This document shows positions 25,365-33,655 of a DNA stretch of 34,990 bases, in pieces. How positions within the stretch are numbered: the first letter of the stretch is position 1; every line of letters begins with the position of its first letter. A program made the translations under genes and the position numbers. The DNA comes from a virus (taxonomy: Duplodnaviria > Heunggongvirae > Uroviricota > Caudoviricetes): the IMG/VR virus record IMGVR_UViG_3300008259_000020, positions 1-34,990 of that record; one strand, 5' to 3'. The notes beneath the pieces were generated by a model. It had not been told where the DNA came from, did no database searches, and saw only the letters and a program-made list of their open reading frames with translations.

Positions 25365-26255
25365 TTAGCCTAGTAACTTTGACAATGTCTTTGGCCCGGC
25401 CACTCCATCGGCTGTTAAGCCATTCTTTGTCTGCCATGCTTTTAATGCTGACTCTGTTCCAGGGCCAAATGAGCCGTCTGCTGTAACTCCAAGTGCTTTT
25501 TGCAATTTTGCTACTGAAGGGCCGCTTGATCCTTTTTTCAATGTTTCTGTAACGCTGGCTGATGCACCACCAGTACCACTTGATACGGAACTGGCTGATG
25601 GTGTAAAATTTCCACCAAGTACTTTCAATGCTTCTTCAAAACGTTCTTTACGATCAGCAAGGCCGATGTCACCACCGTTGATGATTTTTGTCATCTTAAC
25701 AATGTCTTTGGTGTCAGCAACTGCATTTAGTTTCTTTGCGTTCCAGAACCAGCAAGCACTCTCGATAGCACCTTTTTCAGTTGCAACATAATCAGCAGCC
25801 TGTTCTGCTGTCATGTTAACACTTTTACCAAAGTTGGTATAGTTCTCACGGCCAGTAAGTTGCTTTAGACCACGACCACGGAATCTCCATCCGTCGCCTT
25901 CTTTTACGTTGCCCATCTTGGAAGTTCTGAACTCGTCCATGTAAACATAGTTAGCAATCATCTCTGGGTTTTTAGCATACTCTTTTGCGTTACGCTTGCC
26001 TGGACCAAAATAGCGAGGGAATATTTTTAACAGAGTTTCTTCTCTATAATTCAAATTCTCTTCGAGCATCTTGAAGTTACCTGACTCGTGAGCACACTGA
26101 GCCATAAATCCTGCAACACGCTCGATTGTGTTAATTTCGTACTTAGGAAATATCTCTATCATTGCGGCATGCCACTTTTCGGCATCCGGATTTCCTTTTA
26201 AAATTTGTTTTACTTGTTCAACTGTAAATTTGAACTTTAAGTCTTCTGCGCCCAT
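25365..26255 (-). CDS. endolysin: GH19 glycoside hydrolase + C-terminal peptidoglycan-binding domain
   Basis: FMAQCAHESGNF, EENLNY, FRGRGLKQLTGRENY and INGG (GH19), then LKKGSSG...ADGSFGPGT...ADGVAGPKT (PG_binding_1). AAGGA SD before ATG 26255. Confidence 0.9.
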   Translation of the reverse strand: MGAEDLKFKFTVEQVKQILKGNPDAEKWHAAMIEIFPKYEINTIERVAGFMAQCAHESGNFKMLEENLNYREETLLKIFPRYFGPGKRNAKEYAKNPEMIANYVYMDEFRTSKMGNVKEGDGWRFRGRGLKQLTGRENYTNFGKSVNMTAEQAADYVATEKGAIESACWFWNAKKLNAVADTKDIVKMTKIINGGDIGLADRKERFEEALKVLGGNFTPSASSVSSGTGGASASVTETLKKGSSGPSVAKLQKALGVTADGSFGPGTESALKAWQTKNGLTADGVAGPKTLSKLLG

Positions 26256-26416
26256 AGTAAATTCCTTTCTTGACACTCGCGACATTGGCAGTTGTCGCAC
26301 ACTTTCATTTGACCAAATAGTCTTAGACTATCGCTGTCTCTATAATCTTCCCACAAACTAATGCCACAATGTGCAGATCTTCCGCAATTATTGCAACGCT
26401 TATCGATAGATTCCAT
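26237..26416 (-). CDS. small Cys-rich protein (59 aa, possible zinc-binding)
   Basis: Missed by the ORF track. MESIDKRCNNCGRSAHCG...KVCDNCQCREC. TAATG overlap with the upstream stop. Confidence 0.6.
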   Translation of the reverse strand: MESIDKRCNNCGRSAHCGISLWEDYRDSDSLRLFGQMKVCDNCQCRECQERNLLWAQKT

Positions 26417-27135
26417 TAAATTCTTTCTAAAACTAATGTATGTCCAGCATTTTCGAAGGTTAGTATAGTATTACCATATTTTGTAACATTGTAATCGCCT
26501 ACGTATTTTGTAAGAAAAAGTATCTCTGCATAATCGTTAATATTTATTTTTTCTTTAATACTTTCGTTAACTTGCACGGTATTTCCGAAATCCTTAACTT
26601 TAAATCCAATAGGATCTGCAAACACTTTTTTAATAATTAATTCTTCATCTTCGGTTAACTCGATAGAATCCAAGTAACTTTTGTTAAAGAAATTTTTAAA
26701 GTTGTTCATATTAGATTCTGTAACTGTTTGATTGTACGAATCTGTATCCAGTGGTATTTCTGCTGCTAGGTTTTCAACAGTCAACGGCTGACTGCGAAAT
26801 CCTCTGTAGTATCTAAATTTCCAATTTTTCTTAGCAGTTAGTTTTGTAATACCATCCATTAGTTCCATGATTTGTTCTGGAACACTGTTGTCTCTTTCGA
26901 TTTCAACAAACACACGATACATACCGTCTTCTAGTTCACCTGGCGAAACATCTGCATCCAGTACAAAACTATAACCTTTTTCGATAAAGTCAGATAAATC
27001 TCTAGCAGGTTGTTCTTCGTTTACAGTGAAACTTACAACAACGATATCTTCGTCGCTGCCCATTTTACTTTTATAAGAATCGATTTCAATGATTCTGTAG
27101 ACTAAATCTACCAAATCGCCTTCTTTAAGTCCCAT
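26416..27135 (-). CDS. hypothetical protein (possibly head-associated)
   Basis: 239 aa with LKE|G, VTE|S and VNE|S sites. Confidence 0.7.
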   Translation of the reverse strand: MGLKEGDLVDLVYRIIEIDSYKSKMGSDEDIVVVSFTVNEEQPARDLSDFIEKGYSFVLDADVSPGELEDGMYRVFVEIERDNSVPEQIMELMDGITKLTAKKNWKFRYYRGFRSQPLTVENLAAEIPLDTDSYNQTVTESNMNNFKNFFNKSYLDSIELTEDEELIIKKVFADPIGFKVKDFGNTVQVNESIKEKININDYAEILFLTKYVGDYNVTKYGNTILTFENAGHTLVLERI

Positions 27136-27674
27136 TATATTCCAACCTCTCCTGCTGGTGCGATCTGATCTTGTGCTTCTGGCGGAGTATCCTGTGCCAT
27201 TGCAGTTTGCTCAGGATTTTCTTGCGCCATATCCTCAACTTCCGAATCTTCTATCTCTGTATTATACATATCAGACAATAGTTTTTTTGGCATACGTATT
27301 TCTACAATCCATATTGGATGTCTTTCGAGTTTGCCTTTTTTAGTACCAGGACGAAAATCGTCAGGATCCATTACAGTTCTTGGTTTAATGATGTAAGATT
27401 TCTGATAAAATACTTTGCAGTCGTAATCTAGGAGACGCTTGCCACCCATTGGATCTGGCATTTGATCAGCAGACCAAAAGAATTTTGCACTAACCCAGTG
27501 ACGATCAATAATAGGACCTTCAGCTAACTCGCCATCTTCCCAATTTTTGTAAACATATAGATCGAGTTCGTCTAATACACGCTCAAAGTCTTTTAACACA
27601 TTGAAGGCAGTATTGCTTTCGTACATGCTTTCGATGTTTTTAATTACATCTATGGAATCAAGAATGTTTGCCAT
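27135..27674 (-). CDS. hypothetical protein, acidic C-terminal tail
   Basis: 179 aa with an AGGA SD and a TAAATA motif upstream. Confidence 0.7.
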   Translation of the reverse strand: MANILDSIDVIKNIESMYESNTAFNVLKDFERVLDELDLYVYKNWEDGELAEGPIIDRHWVSAKFFWSADQMPDPMGGKRLLDYDCKVFYQKSYIIKPRTVMDPDDFRPGTKKGKLERHPIWIVEIRMPKKLLSDMYNTEIEDSEVEDMAQENPEQTAMAQDTPPEAQDQIAPAGEVGI

Positions 27675-27699
27675 TGTATTTCCTATTCTTTTCTATACT

Positions 27700-27758
27700 T
27701 ATTTAGTCGTTTTGCTGTTCAATATGCGCGGTTTTCTTTATGCCTCAAAGGTTAAATA
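27700..27758. promoter_or_regulatory. back-to-back divergent TAAATAAGT late-type motifs
   Basis: Minus-strand CTAAATAAGT at about 27706 and plus-strand TTAAATAAGT at 27752, in the only divergent intergenic gap. Confidence 0.55.
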
Positions 27759-27826
27759 AGTGTGCAGGGGAGGAAGTTTCCTGCAAAGGAAACTAACCCT
27801 GTGTTCCAAATCCATAGGAGGACTTA

Positions 27827-28561
27827 ATGGGTAAAGCTAGAGCCGCTAAGAGGCAAGCAAACTTTTCAACTAACAACACCAATAATGTTGTTAAATTTAA
27901 CAATTTCCTTCCAAAAAAGAATCGTACAGTAGATATACTTCCACGAAATAAAAGCCAAGAAAACTACGTGTTAACACTGTTGGATCCGGGTAAAGACATA
28001 GTCTTTGGTATTGGTCCAGCGGGAACCGGTAAGACTATGTTAGCCTGCCAGGTGGCCGTAAAGAAGTTTTTAGAAGGTGAAGTAGATCGCATTGTTGTAA
28101 CTCGTCCTGCTGTCAGTGCAGACGAGGATCTAGGATTCTTACCAGGTACGCTAGAAGAAAAAATGGCACCGTGGACTAGACCTATCTTCGACGTTTTTAG
28201 AGAGTATTTTTATGCTAACGAAATCGAAGGTATGATTCAGGAAGGTGTTATTGAAATATCACCTCTTGCATACATGCGTGGTAGAACATTTAAAGATGCT
28301 TATATCATTGCAGACGAAATGCAAAACGCAACACCAAATCAAATGAAAATGTTACTAACACGAATTGGTAACAATAGTAAGATGGTTGTTACAGGTGATT
28401 TGGCCCAAGCAGACCGACTTAAAGATAATGGACTTATTGACTTTATAGGTCATTTAAAAGACACCGAGACTAGACGTATCGAAGTATGTGAATTTGCCTA
28501 CAAAGATATTGAGCGACATCAAGCCGTTAAAGAAGTTCTTAGAGTTTACGGAGACGAATAA
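27827..28561 (+). CDS. phoH: PhoH-like ATPase
   Basis: GPAGTGKT, LGFLPG, YMRGRTF, DEMQN, GDLAQAD and RHQAV. AGGAGG SD. Confidence 0.95.
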   Translation: MGKARAAKRQANFSTNNTNNVVKFNNFLPKKNRTVDILPRNKSQENYVLTLLDPGKDIVFGIGPAGTGKTMLACQVAVKKFLEGEVDRIVVTRPAVSADEDLGFLPGTLEEKMAPWTRPIFDVFREYFYANEIEGMIQEGVIEISPLAYMRGRTFKDAYIIADEMQNATPNQMKMLLTRIGNNSKMVVTGDLAQADRLKDNGLIDFIGHLKDTETRRIEVCEFAYKDIERHQAVKEVLRVYGDE

Positions 28562-28562
28562 T

Positions 28563-28594
28563 AGTAAAGGGCCTTAACGGGCCCTTTACTTTTA
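28563..28594. terminator. bidirectional intrinsic terminator
   Basis: Perfect 11-bp stem AGTAAAGGGCC/GGCCCTTTACT with a 6-nt loop and a T-run, between convergent genes. Confidence 0.85.
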
Positions 28595-28864
28595 ATAAGA
28601 TATTCTCTTTCCACTCGTCGGTGGAATTGTATTTGGTTTTGGATTTTTTATAAGCCAAATTAAATATTCATTTTTATTTAATATAGATTTCCAATAAAGT
28701 GTCTTGATTGGAGGTTTTCCGTTTTCGTCATAGTGAGTTTGAATCTCATAAAACTCGTCAAGCCAAACCCATTTTCCTCTGGTTGTTTTTATCGGAAGAT
28801 ACGCATATTTTTTAACAACTGTTTCTCTAGGACTGGGTTGATAACCCATGTTAACGCCCATCAT
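28592..28864 (-). CDS. hypothetical protein
   Basis: 90 aa with an ATGA overlap with thyA. YAYLPIKTTRGKWVWL. Confidence 0.6.
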   Translation of the reverse strand: MMGVNMGYQPSPRETVVKKYAYLPIKTTRGKWVWLDEFYEIQTHYDENGKPPIKTLYWKSILNKNEYLIWLIKNPKPNTIPPTSGKRISY

Positions 28865-29727
28865 ACTGCCATGGGTGCCTTGATAGTATCATGATAACGA
28901 TAATCTACAAGAACATAATCACTGGCTTTTGTTTTGACTAACTCATCAAGTGTTGTAAAGTATGGCATCTTTAGTCCTGGGCCGGAATATATTTGTCGTG
29001 ACAGTTGTTCTTCTACCGCATCGACGTGATTTTGATAGATGTGACAGTCACCGCCAGTCCAAACAAAGTCACCAACCTTGAGTTCCAGCAATTGGGCAAA
29101 CATATGTGTAAGCAAACTGTAACTAGCAATATTAAACGGCACACCTAAGAACATATCAGCACTGCGTTGATAAAGTTGACAACTTAGTTCGCCATCTTGT
29201 ACATGAAATTGAAAAAGTGCATGACAAGGAGGAAGTGCCATAACATCAATCATGTCTGCGTTCCACGCACTTACAATATGACGTCTACTATCAGGATCGT
29301 TGTGCAGGTTTTCTAAAACATTTGCAATTTGATCTACAAATCCTAGTTTAGCATCCCAACTACGCCATTGGTGGCCGTATACTGGCCCAAGTTCTTTAAC
29401 AGTATCGTTGTTTTTGTATCCAAGATTTCGACCTTGTTTGTCTGCATTGGCAGTCCAAATAGTTGTTTTATCTACTAGTTCTTCACGCGGTTTTTCATAG
29501 TGAATTTCAGCAAGTCTACGTTCGTCGGTACTGCCTTCTAGGAACCATAGCAGTTCGCTAACTACGCTACGCCAGGCAAGTTTCTTTGTAGTTACTGCTG
29601 GAAAACTATCTCGCAAATCAAAACGCATTTGATAACCAAACACGCCTCGAGTACCTACTCCAGTGCGGTCATCACGATCCTTGCCGTGGTTCATAATATA
29701 TTCTAGAGCATCATGATATTGCTTCAT
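28861..29727 (-). CDS. thyA: thymidylate synthase
   Basis: DRTGVGT, LGPVYG.QWR, ALPPCH, YQRSADMFLGVPFNIASY and HIY.NH. Confidence 0.97.
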   Translation of the reverse strand: MKQYHDALEYIMNHGKDRDDRTGVGTRGVFGYQMRFDLRDSFPAVTTKKLAWRSVVSELLWFLEGSTDERRLAEIHYEKPREELVDKTTIWTANADKQGRNLGYKNNDTVKELGPVYGHQWRSWDAKLGFVDQIANVLENLHNDPDSRRHIVSAWNADMIDVMALPPCHALFQFHVQDGELSCQLYQRSADMFLGVPFNIASYSLLTHMFAQLLELKVGDFVWTGGDCHIYQNHVDAVEEQLSRQIYSGPGLKMPYFTTLDELVKTKASDYVLVDYRYHDTIKAPMAV

Positions 29728-30205
29728 CGTTTTTCCTTCTATACTTTTCAGTAGTTAGTTTGCCGTCAAAGTAATGCTCATAAAATTCAAATTTTGTCAA
29801 GACTAAATCTTTGGATAAAAAGGTATCACAATTATATGTACCTTCAATTCGACTTAGCCAAATTTCGTCAATGATGTCTATGCAACTTTCAAATAGTTGA
29901 GCACCACCGATGATCCATTTGGACTTGTCTGACATGTGAGGCAATACTTGTGTTATAGCGTTTATGTTCATAACAGCATCTGCACCTGGAAAATGAGACA
30001 AATCATTTGTGGAACATACTATGTTATTTCTTTTTGGCAACGGCTTAACTGGTAAACTTTCCCAAGTTTTTCTACCCATTACCACAGTACTTTCACTGGT
30101 ACAGTTTTTAAACCACTTTAAGTCGTCACTGTTATGCGGCCACGGAAGACTGTTGTTTTTACCAATGCCCCAGTTGTCATCACAGGCAAATATTGCGTAT
30201 ATCAT
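29711..30205 (-). CDS. folA: dihydrofolate reductase
   Basis: WGIGKNNSLPW, DLKWFK, VMGRKTWESLP, LPKRNNIV, IIGGAQ and CDTF. Confidence 0.95.
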   Translation of the reverse strand: MIYAIFACDDNWGIGKNNSLPWPHNSDDLKWFKNCTSESTVVMGRKTWESLPVKPLPKRNNIVCSTNDLSHFPGADAVMNINAITQVLPHMSDKSKWIIGGAQLFESCIDIIDEIWLSRIEGTYNCDTFLSKDLVLTKFEFYEHYFDGKLTTEKYRRKNDEAIS

Positions 30206-30206
30206 G

Positions 30207-30455
30207 TTATCCTCTAATCCTACGCATCATATCTCGATTTTCTTCTTCGACTTTCTCTTTGGCATCACGCCACATATCTCTTACTAGCCAACCTACAACA
30301 GGAATAATAAAAGTAACACCAAAAAACAAAAGTCCCGCAAAATCACTGTAATTGTGCTTCAAATACTGTGCACCTCCTGTTACAAAAAGAATATACACTA
30401 CAAACCCAACGGGCCATGCAATATTTTTTAAAAAGTGTTTCCAAACTCTATTCAT
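30207..30455 (-). CDS. small membrane protein
   Basis: Two hydrophobic helices and a charged tail. Confidence 0.6.
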   Translation of the reverse strand: MNRVWKHFLKNIAWPVGFVVYILFVTGGAQYLKHNYSDFAGLLFFGVTFIIPVVGWLVRDMWRDAKEKVEEENRDMMRRIRG

Positions 30456-30456
30456 T

Positions 30457-31371
30457 TCAAAGTCTTCCTAGCCTAATAAGTGTTGCTGCCAAGTTAATTT
30501 CTGGATCCACAACCAGCGTATGATCCACAAGCCCTTGTTTGATAATAAGGATTGCTGACTCTTGCTTTTCGTTGTCTCCAAACAACGAAATATTGTCATA
30601 CAACCACCGATAAACATCTTCCATTTCTTCAGCACGAATTGTTCCGCAAAGTAGTTTACGTGCTTCAAAGATCTTACCTTCTTTGAACAAGTCAACCATT
30701 TGTATTTTCCAATCGGCTTGTCCGGAATCGCCCTGACTTGCAGAGATTAACGATCCTGCTGTGCTGTTTTGTTGTACCATATTGATACATTTACGCAAGT
30801 CAGGATAAGTTGCTTTTACATAAGTATCAAGTACATCTAAATCAAATGTAATGTCTTCGCTAAGAAGAATTTCTGCAACTCTAGCAGTAAACTCAACTTG
30901 ATCGGTTTTTGCAATATGGAAACTCTGACAACGACTGTGGATCGCTGGAATTACTTTGTTAGGATAGTTACAGGTTAGAATAAATCTTACTGTATTATGG
31001 TATTCTTCCATAATACCACGCAATGCAGCCTGTGCGTTGATTGACAAATAGTCTGCTTCGTCTAGTAGAATTACTTTAAAATCACCAAATGGAATCATCT
31101 GTGAAAAGCCAGTAATTCTATTACGCATTTCGTCTACGCCAGTTTGACGACTGCCGTTTACTTCTAGAATGTCCAGTGGATTAACTTTTAATTCGTTAAG
31201 TAATAGTTTTGCGAGTGTAGTTTTACCAATGCCTGCATTACCACTAAACAGCAAATGAGGAATACTTCTTTCATTGATCCACTGCAATACTTGCGATCGT
31301 TGTGTTTCATCTCGAAACACATAACCATCAACTGTGTTTGGCCTGTATTTTTCTACCCAAAGTTCTTTCAT
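30457..31371 (-). CDS. clamp loader AAA+ subunit (RFC small / T4 gp44-like)
   Basis: LWVEKYRP, GNAGIGKTT, DEADYLS..AQAALR, CNY and SRC. Confidence 0.93.
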   Translation of the reverse strand: MKELWVEKYRPNTVDGYVFRDETQRSQVLQWINERSIPHLLFSGNAGIGKTTLAKLLLNELKVNPLDILEVNGSRQTGVDEMRNRITGFSQMIPFGDFKVILLDEADYLSINAQAALRGIMEEYHNTVRFILTCNYPNKVIPAIHSRCQSFHIAKTDQVEFTARVAEILLSEDITFDLDVLDTYVKATYPDLRKCINMVQQNSTAGSLISASQGDSGQADWKIQMVDLFKEGKIFEARKLLCGTIRAEEMEDVYRWLYDNISLFGDNEKQESAILIIKQGLVDHTLVVDPEINLAATLIRLGRL

Positions 31372-31595
31372 TGTTCTAGCCTTTTTAATTTATTTTCAAG
31401 TTCTTCAATATAGTCTGCAATCTTCCAATCAATCGAGTCCATACATTTAAATTTATATTCTTCGCCCGCACGATTACGCAGAAAACGAACCATCGGACTT
31501 GGATCGATCATAGGAGTAAGTTCGGCATACACTTTGTCTACAACATCGTGTTCGTTTTCTTCTTCAAACCCATGTGTATTATGCGGTGAACTCAT
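31368..31595 (-). CDS. hypothetical protein
   Basis: Start taken at MSSPH (ATGA overlap with the upstream stop). Confidence 0.55.
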   Translation of the reverse strand: MSSPHNTHGFEEENEHDVVDKVYAELTPMIDPSPMVRFLRNRAGEEYKFKCMDSIDWKIADYIEELENKLKRLEQ

Positions 31596-31888
31596 TTTAT
31601 TAAATTGCTCCATATAGATAGTTTTTTACGCTTAACAATTACTCTAGCATCCAATTCTTCGTTTGTCAAGAGTCCGTGTTCTACCATCAGTTCTAACATG
31701 CATAGAACATCACCTGCTTCTTCAATCAGTGAGTCTCTATACTTGTCTCCGTATATTTCTTCAATTGTAGTATACTTTCGCATGATTTTCATGCATACTT
31801 GCGTAAGTTCGCTAGATTCCTCTGCGGTGATTGCCATAAGTTGCTGTACAGCATTAAGTGGTGACTCTAGTTCTTCGTTACTTACCAT
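31592..31888 (-). CDS. MazG-like nucleoside triphosphate pyrophosphohydrolase
   Basis: EESSEL and EEAGDVL motifs. Start taken at M19 of the ORF-track call. Confidence 0.7.
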   Translation of the reverse strand: MVSNEELESPLNAVQQLMAITAEESSELTQVCMKIMRKYTTIEEIYGDKYRDSLIEEAGDVLCMLELMVEHGLLTNEELDARVIVKRKKLSIWSNLIK

Positions 31889-32066
31889 GTTTTTGTCTTT
31901 TTCTAAAATCGCAATAATCCACAGTCCAGAGAGAGTACACAAATCCTGCTAGTAGACCGTTTAAAATGTTTATCCAAACGTTATCACCAGTTATGCTGGC
32001 TATACTAAAAGCAAGCATCAAATCTGCTGCAAGAATAGCAACTGCCCAATCATACCAACGTATTAT
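31878..32066 (-). CDS. small two-helix membrane protein with a non-canonical (ATA) start
   Basis: Open frame IIRWYDWAVAILAADL...RKRQKHGK preceded by AGGAG plus 6 nt and an in-frame stop. No ATG, GTG or TTG at the start. Confidence 0.4.
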   Translation of the reverse strand: MIRWYDWAVAILAADLMLAFSIASITGDNVWINILNGLLAGFVYSLWTVDYCDFRKRQKHGK

Positions 32067-32085
32067 TCTTAACTCCTGTGGTCAT

Positions 32086-32235
32086 TTAATCTTCTACTGC
32101 TTTGTATATGTGTTTTGATGAATACAAACGTGCAGGACCAAACATAAGTTCTACCTTTTTAATAGCATCTTCTGGAGAATTTGCCCTTACTAAATCTATA
32201 TGTTTTTGTCCTAAAATCACGTGAAAGTATATCAT
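32086..32235 (-). CDS. small hypothetical protein (49 aa)
   Basis: MIYFHVILGQKHIDLVRANSPEDAIKKVELMFG... with an ATGA overlap. Confidence 0.55.
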   Translation of the reverse strand: MIYFHVILGQKHIDLVRANSPEDAIKKVELMFGPARLYSSKHIYKAVED

Positions 32236-32387
32236 TTCGACAGTGCTTTACGCAGTTCTGATCCTTCGAAGTTTTTCATATCTGTATAGTGTTTAAGAAC
32301 AGTATTGTCAGGATCAAGGCGTTTGATTTCACGAGCAAAACGTTCAATCATATCATAGTCCAATTGAGTTTTAATGTGTTTACCCAT
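32232..32387 (-). CDS. small hypothetical protein (51 aa)
   Basis: MGKHIKTQLDYDMIERFAREIKRLDP... with a TAATG overlap with the exonuclease stop. Confidence 0.55.
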   Translation of the reverse strand: MGKHIKTQLDYDMIERFAREIKRLDPDNTVLKHYTDMKNFEGSELRKALSK

Positions 32388-32923
32388 TATTTTGTCCATC
32401 CGTGATGTTTGAAGATAATTTGTACACTCTTGGCTTGGAAGTAAGCGTCAGCAAGAGCGTTGTGTAGATTGGTTTGCATGTCTTTGCGAGGATCCTTGGG
32501 CATACGTTTGGTAATTGTACGAGCGTCTGAAATTTGCCAAAACTGCCACGGAATAGGTTTACCTATGCTGCGATACATGTCTTCTAGCATTGTAATATCG
32601 AAGCCATATCCTTGACCCCAAATTTCGTCAACACCGACTGCCCACTTGTTAAGTTGACGCAGTGCTTCTTCTACTGTAACTGCACCAGTCTGATCAAATG
32701 CTTCTTCCATAACGGCAGGATCTTGTTGACTCCACCATTCAATGGTTTTATCACTGCTGGTACGACCAAGACGGTCTTGATCGTCTACTAGAATCTTAAA
32801 GTAAAGTTCGTCGTAGGGTTCGTCGTTGGTAAGTGGATTAAATTTAACTGCACCAAATGAAAGCACTGTTGCAGTTGGAATGACATCTAATGTCTCTAGG
32901 TCGATCATGCCATGTACGGCCAT
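32387..32923 (-). CDS. DEDDh 3'-5' exonuclease (T4 DexA / Rv2179c-like)
   Basis: MIDLET, WGQGYGFD and HNALADA. Confidence 0.85.
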   Translation of the reverse strand: MAVHGMIDLETLDVIPTATVLSFGAVKFNPLTNDEPYDELYFKILVDDQDRLGRTSSDKTIEWWSQQDPAVMEEAFDQTGAVTVEEALRQLNKWAVGVDEIWGQGYGFDITMLEDMYRSIGKPIPWQFWQISDARTITKRMPKDPRKDMQTNLHNALADAYFQAKSVQIIFKHHGWTK

Positions 32924-32930
32924 AAAAAAA

Positions 32931-32979
32931 ACTCCTTGTTACTCTTATGCATACTAGCACAAAAATAACAAGGAGTCAA
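32931..32979 (-). promoter_or_regulatory. sigma70-like promoter TTGACT-N17-TAGTAT embedded in a 20-bp RNA hairpin that sequesters the exonuclease SD
   Basis: Arms ACUCCUUGUUAUUUUUGUGC / GCAUAAGAGUAACAAGGAGU pair fully (3 G-U pairs). The loop UAGUAU is the -10 box, and a U7 run follows. Confidence 0.75.
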
Positions 32980-32985
32980 TGTTTT

Positions 32986-33222
32986 TTATGGGCGTGATGG
33001 CCAAAGACCATTTACACAAATAATGTAGTGTAGTCCTTTAGAAGGACTTTCTAGTTTTGGCAATGCAAAAGTAGTTATTCCATCGCCGCCAAAAGTACAT
33101 CCTAGCAATGCAAAGAGGGCTTGATACTGAGAAATATTTAGTATTCTACCGTCACAGGCCATGAAGCCTTCTGGGTCATAGTTAAATGCAACAAGTTTAA
33201 TTGCTCCAATAAATTCTTCCAT
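32986..33222 (-). CDS. stand-alone phage tail-collar domain protein (microcystin-dependent-protein-like)
   Basis: FIGAIKLVAFNYDPEGFMACDGRILNISQYQALFALLG.TFGGDG.TTFALP. AAAGGA SD before ATG 33222. Confidence 0.75.
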   Translation of the reverse strand: MEEFIGAIKLVAFNYDPEGFMACDGRILNISQYQALFALLGCTFGGDGITTFALPKLESPSKGLHYIICVNGLWPSRP

Positions 33223-33241
33223 GTTTTTTCCTTTATAAAAT

Positions 33242-33646
33242 TTACAAATCGCCGACTTTGCGATTCTCACTATATTGTACATCAAATTGTCCGCCTGGGT
33301 AACGTGCTTCTAGTTTGCGAACGTTTTCAGCAATCACTTCATTTGGATCAATACCAATTGCTCTACAAGCATTAACCCAATACCAAGCAATGTCTCCGAG
33401 TTCGCGTTTCATATGAAAAACTGTTTCGTCGTTCATTGGCTTGCCTTGAAACACACATTTCTTAACAATTTCGGCAAATTCGCCACCTTCTGCTGCTATA
33501 CCAGTACTACCAGTCATTAGCAATGCAATATTAACTACTTCGTTTAGTTCGCGAAGCCTAACAATCATGGCTTCGAGATCATTTGAAGGACCGCTTGTGA
33601 CTTCTGCAACAAAATCACGATATTTATTTAGGTCGACTTGTGTCAA
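33242..33646 (-). CDS. MazG-like nucleoside triphosphate pyrophosphohydrolase
   Basis: GIAAEGGEFAEIVKK, RELGDIAWY and N.RKLEARYP. Confidence 0.85.
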   Translation of the reverse strand: MTQVDLNKYRDFVAEVTSGPSNDLEAMIVRLRELNEVVNIALLMTGSTGIAAEGGEFAEIVKKCVFQGKPMNDETVFHMKRELGDIAWYWVNACRAIGIDPNEVIAENVRKLEARYPGGQFDVQYSENRKVGDL

Positions 33647-33655
33647 ATTTTCCTC

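Noticed and set aside
27763-27785. TGCAGG...CCTGCA hairpin in the phoH leader as riboswitch or ncRNA
   Set aside because: A single 6-bp stem in a short leader. No recognisable family or further structure.
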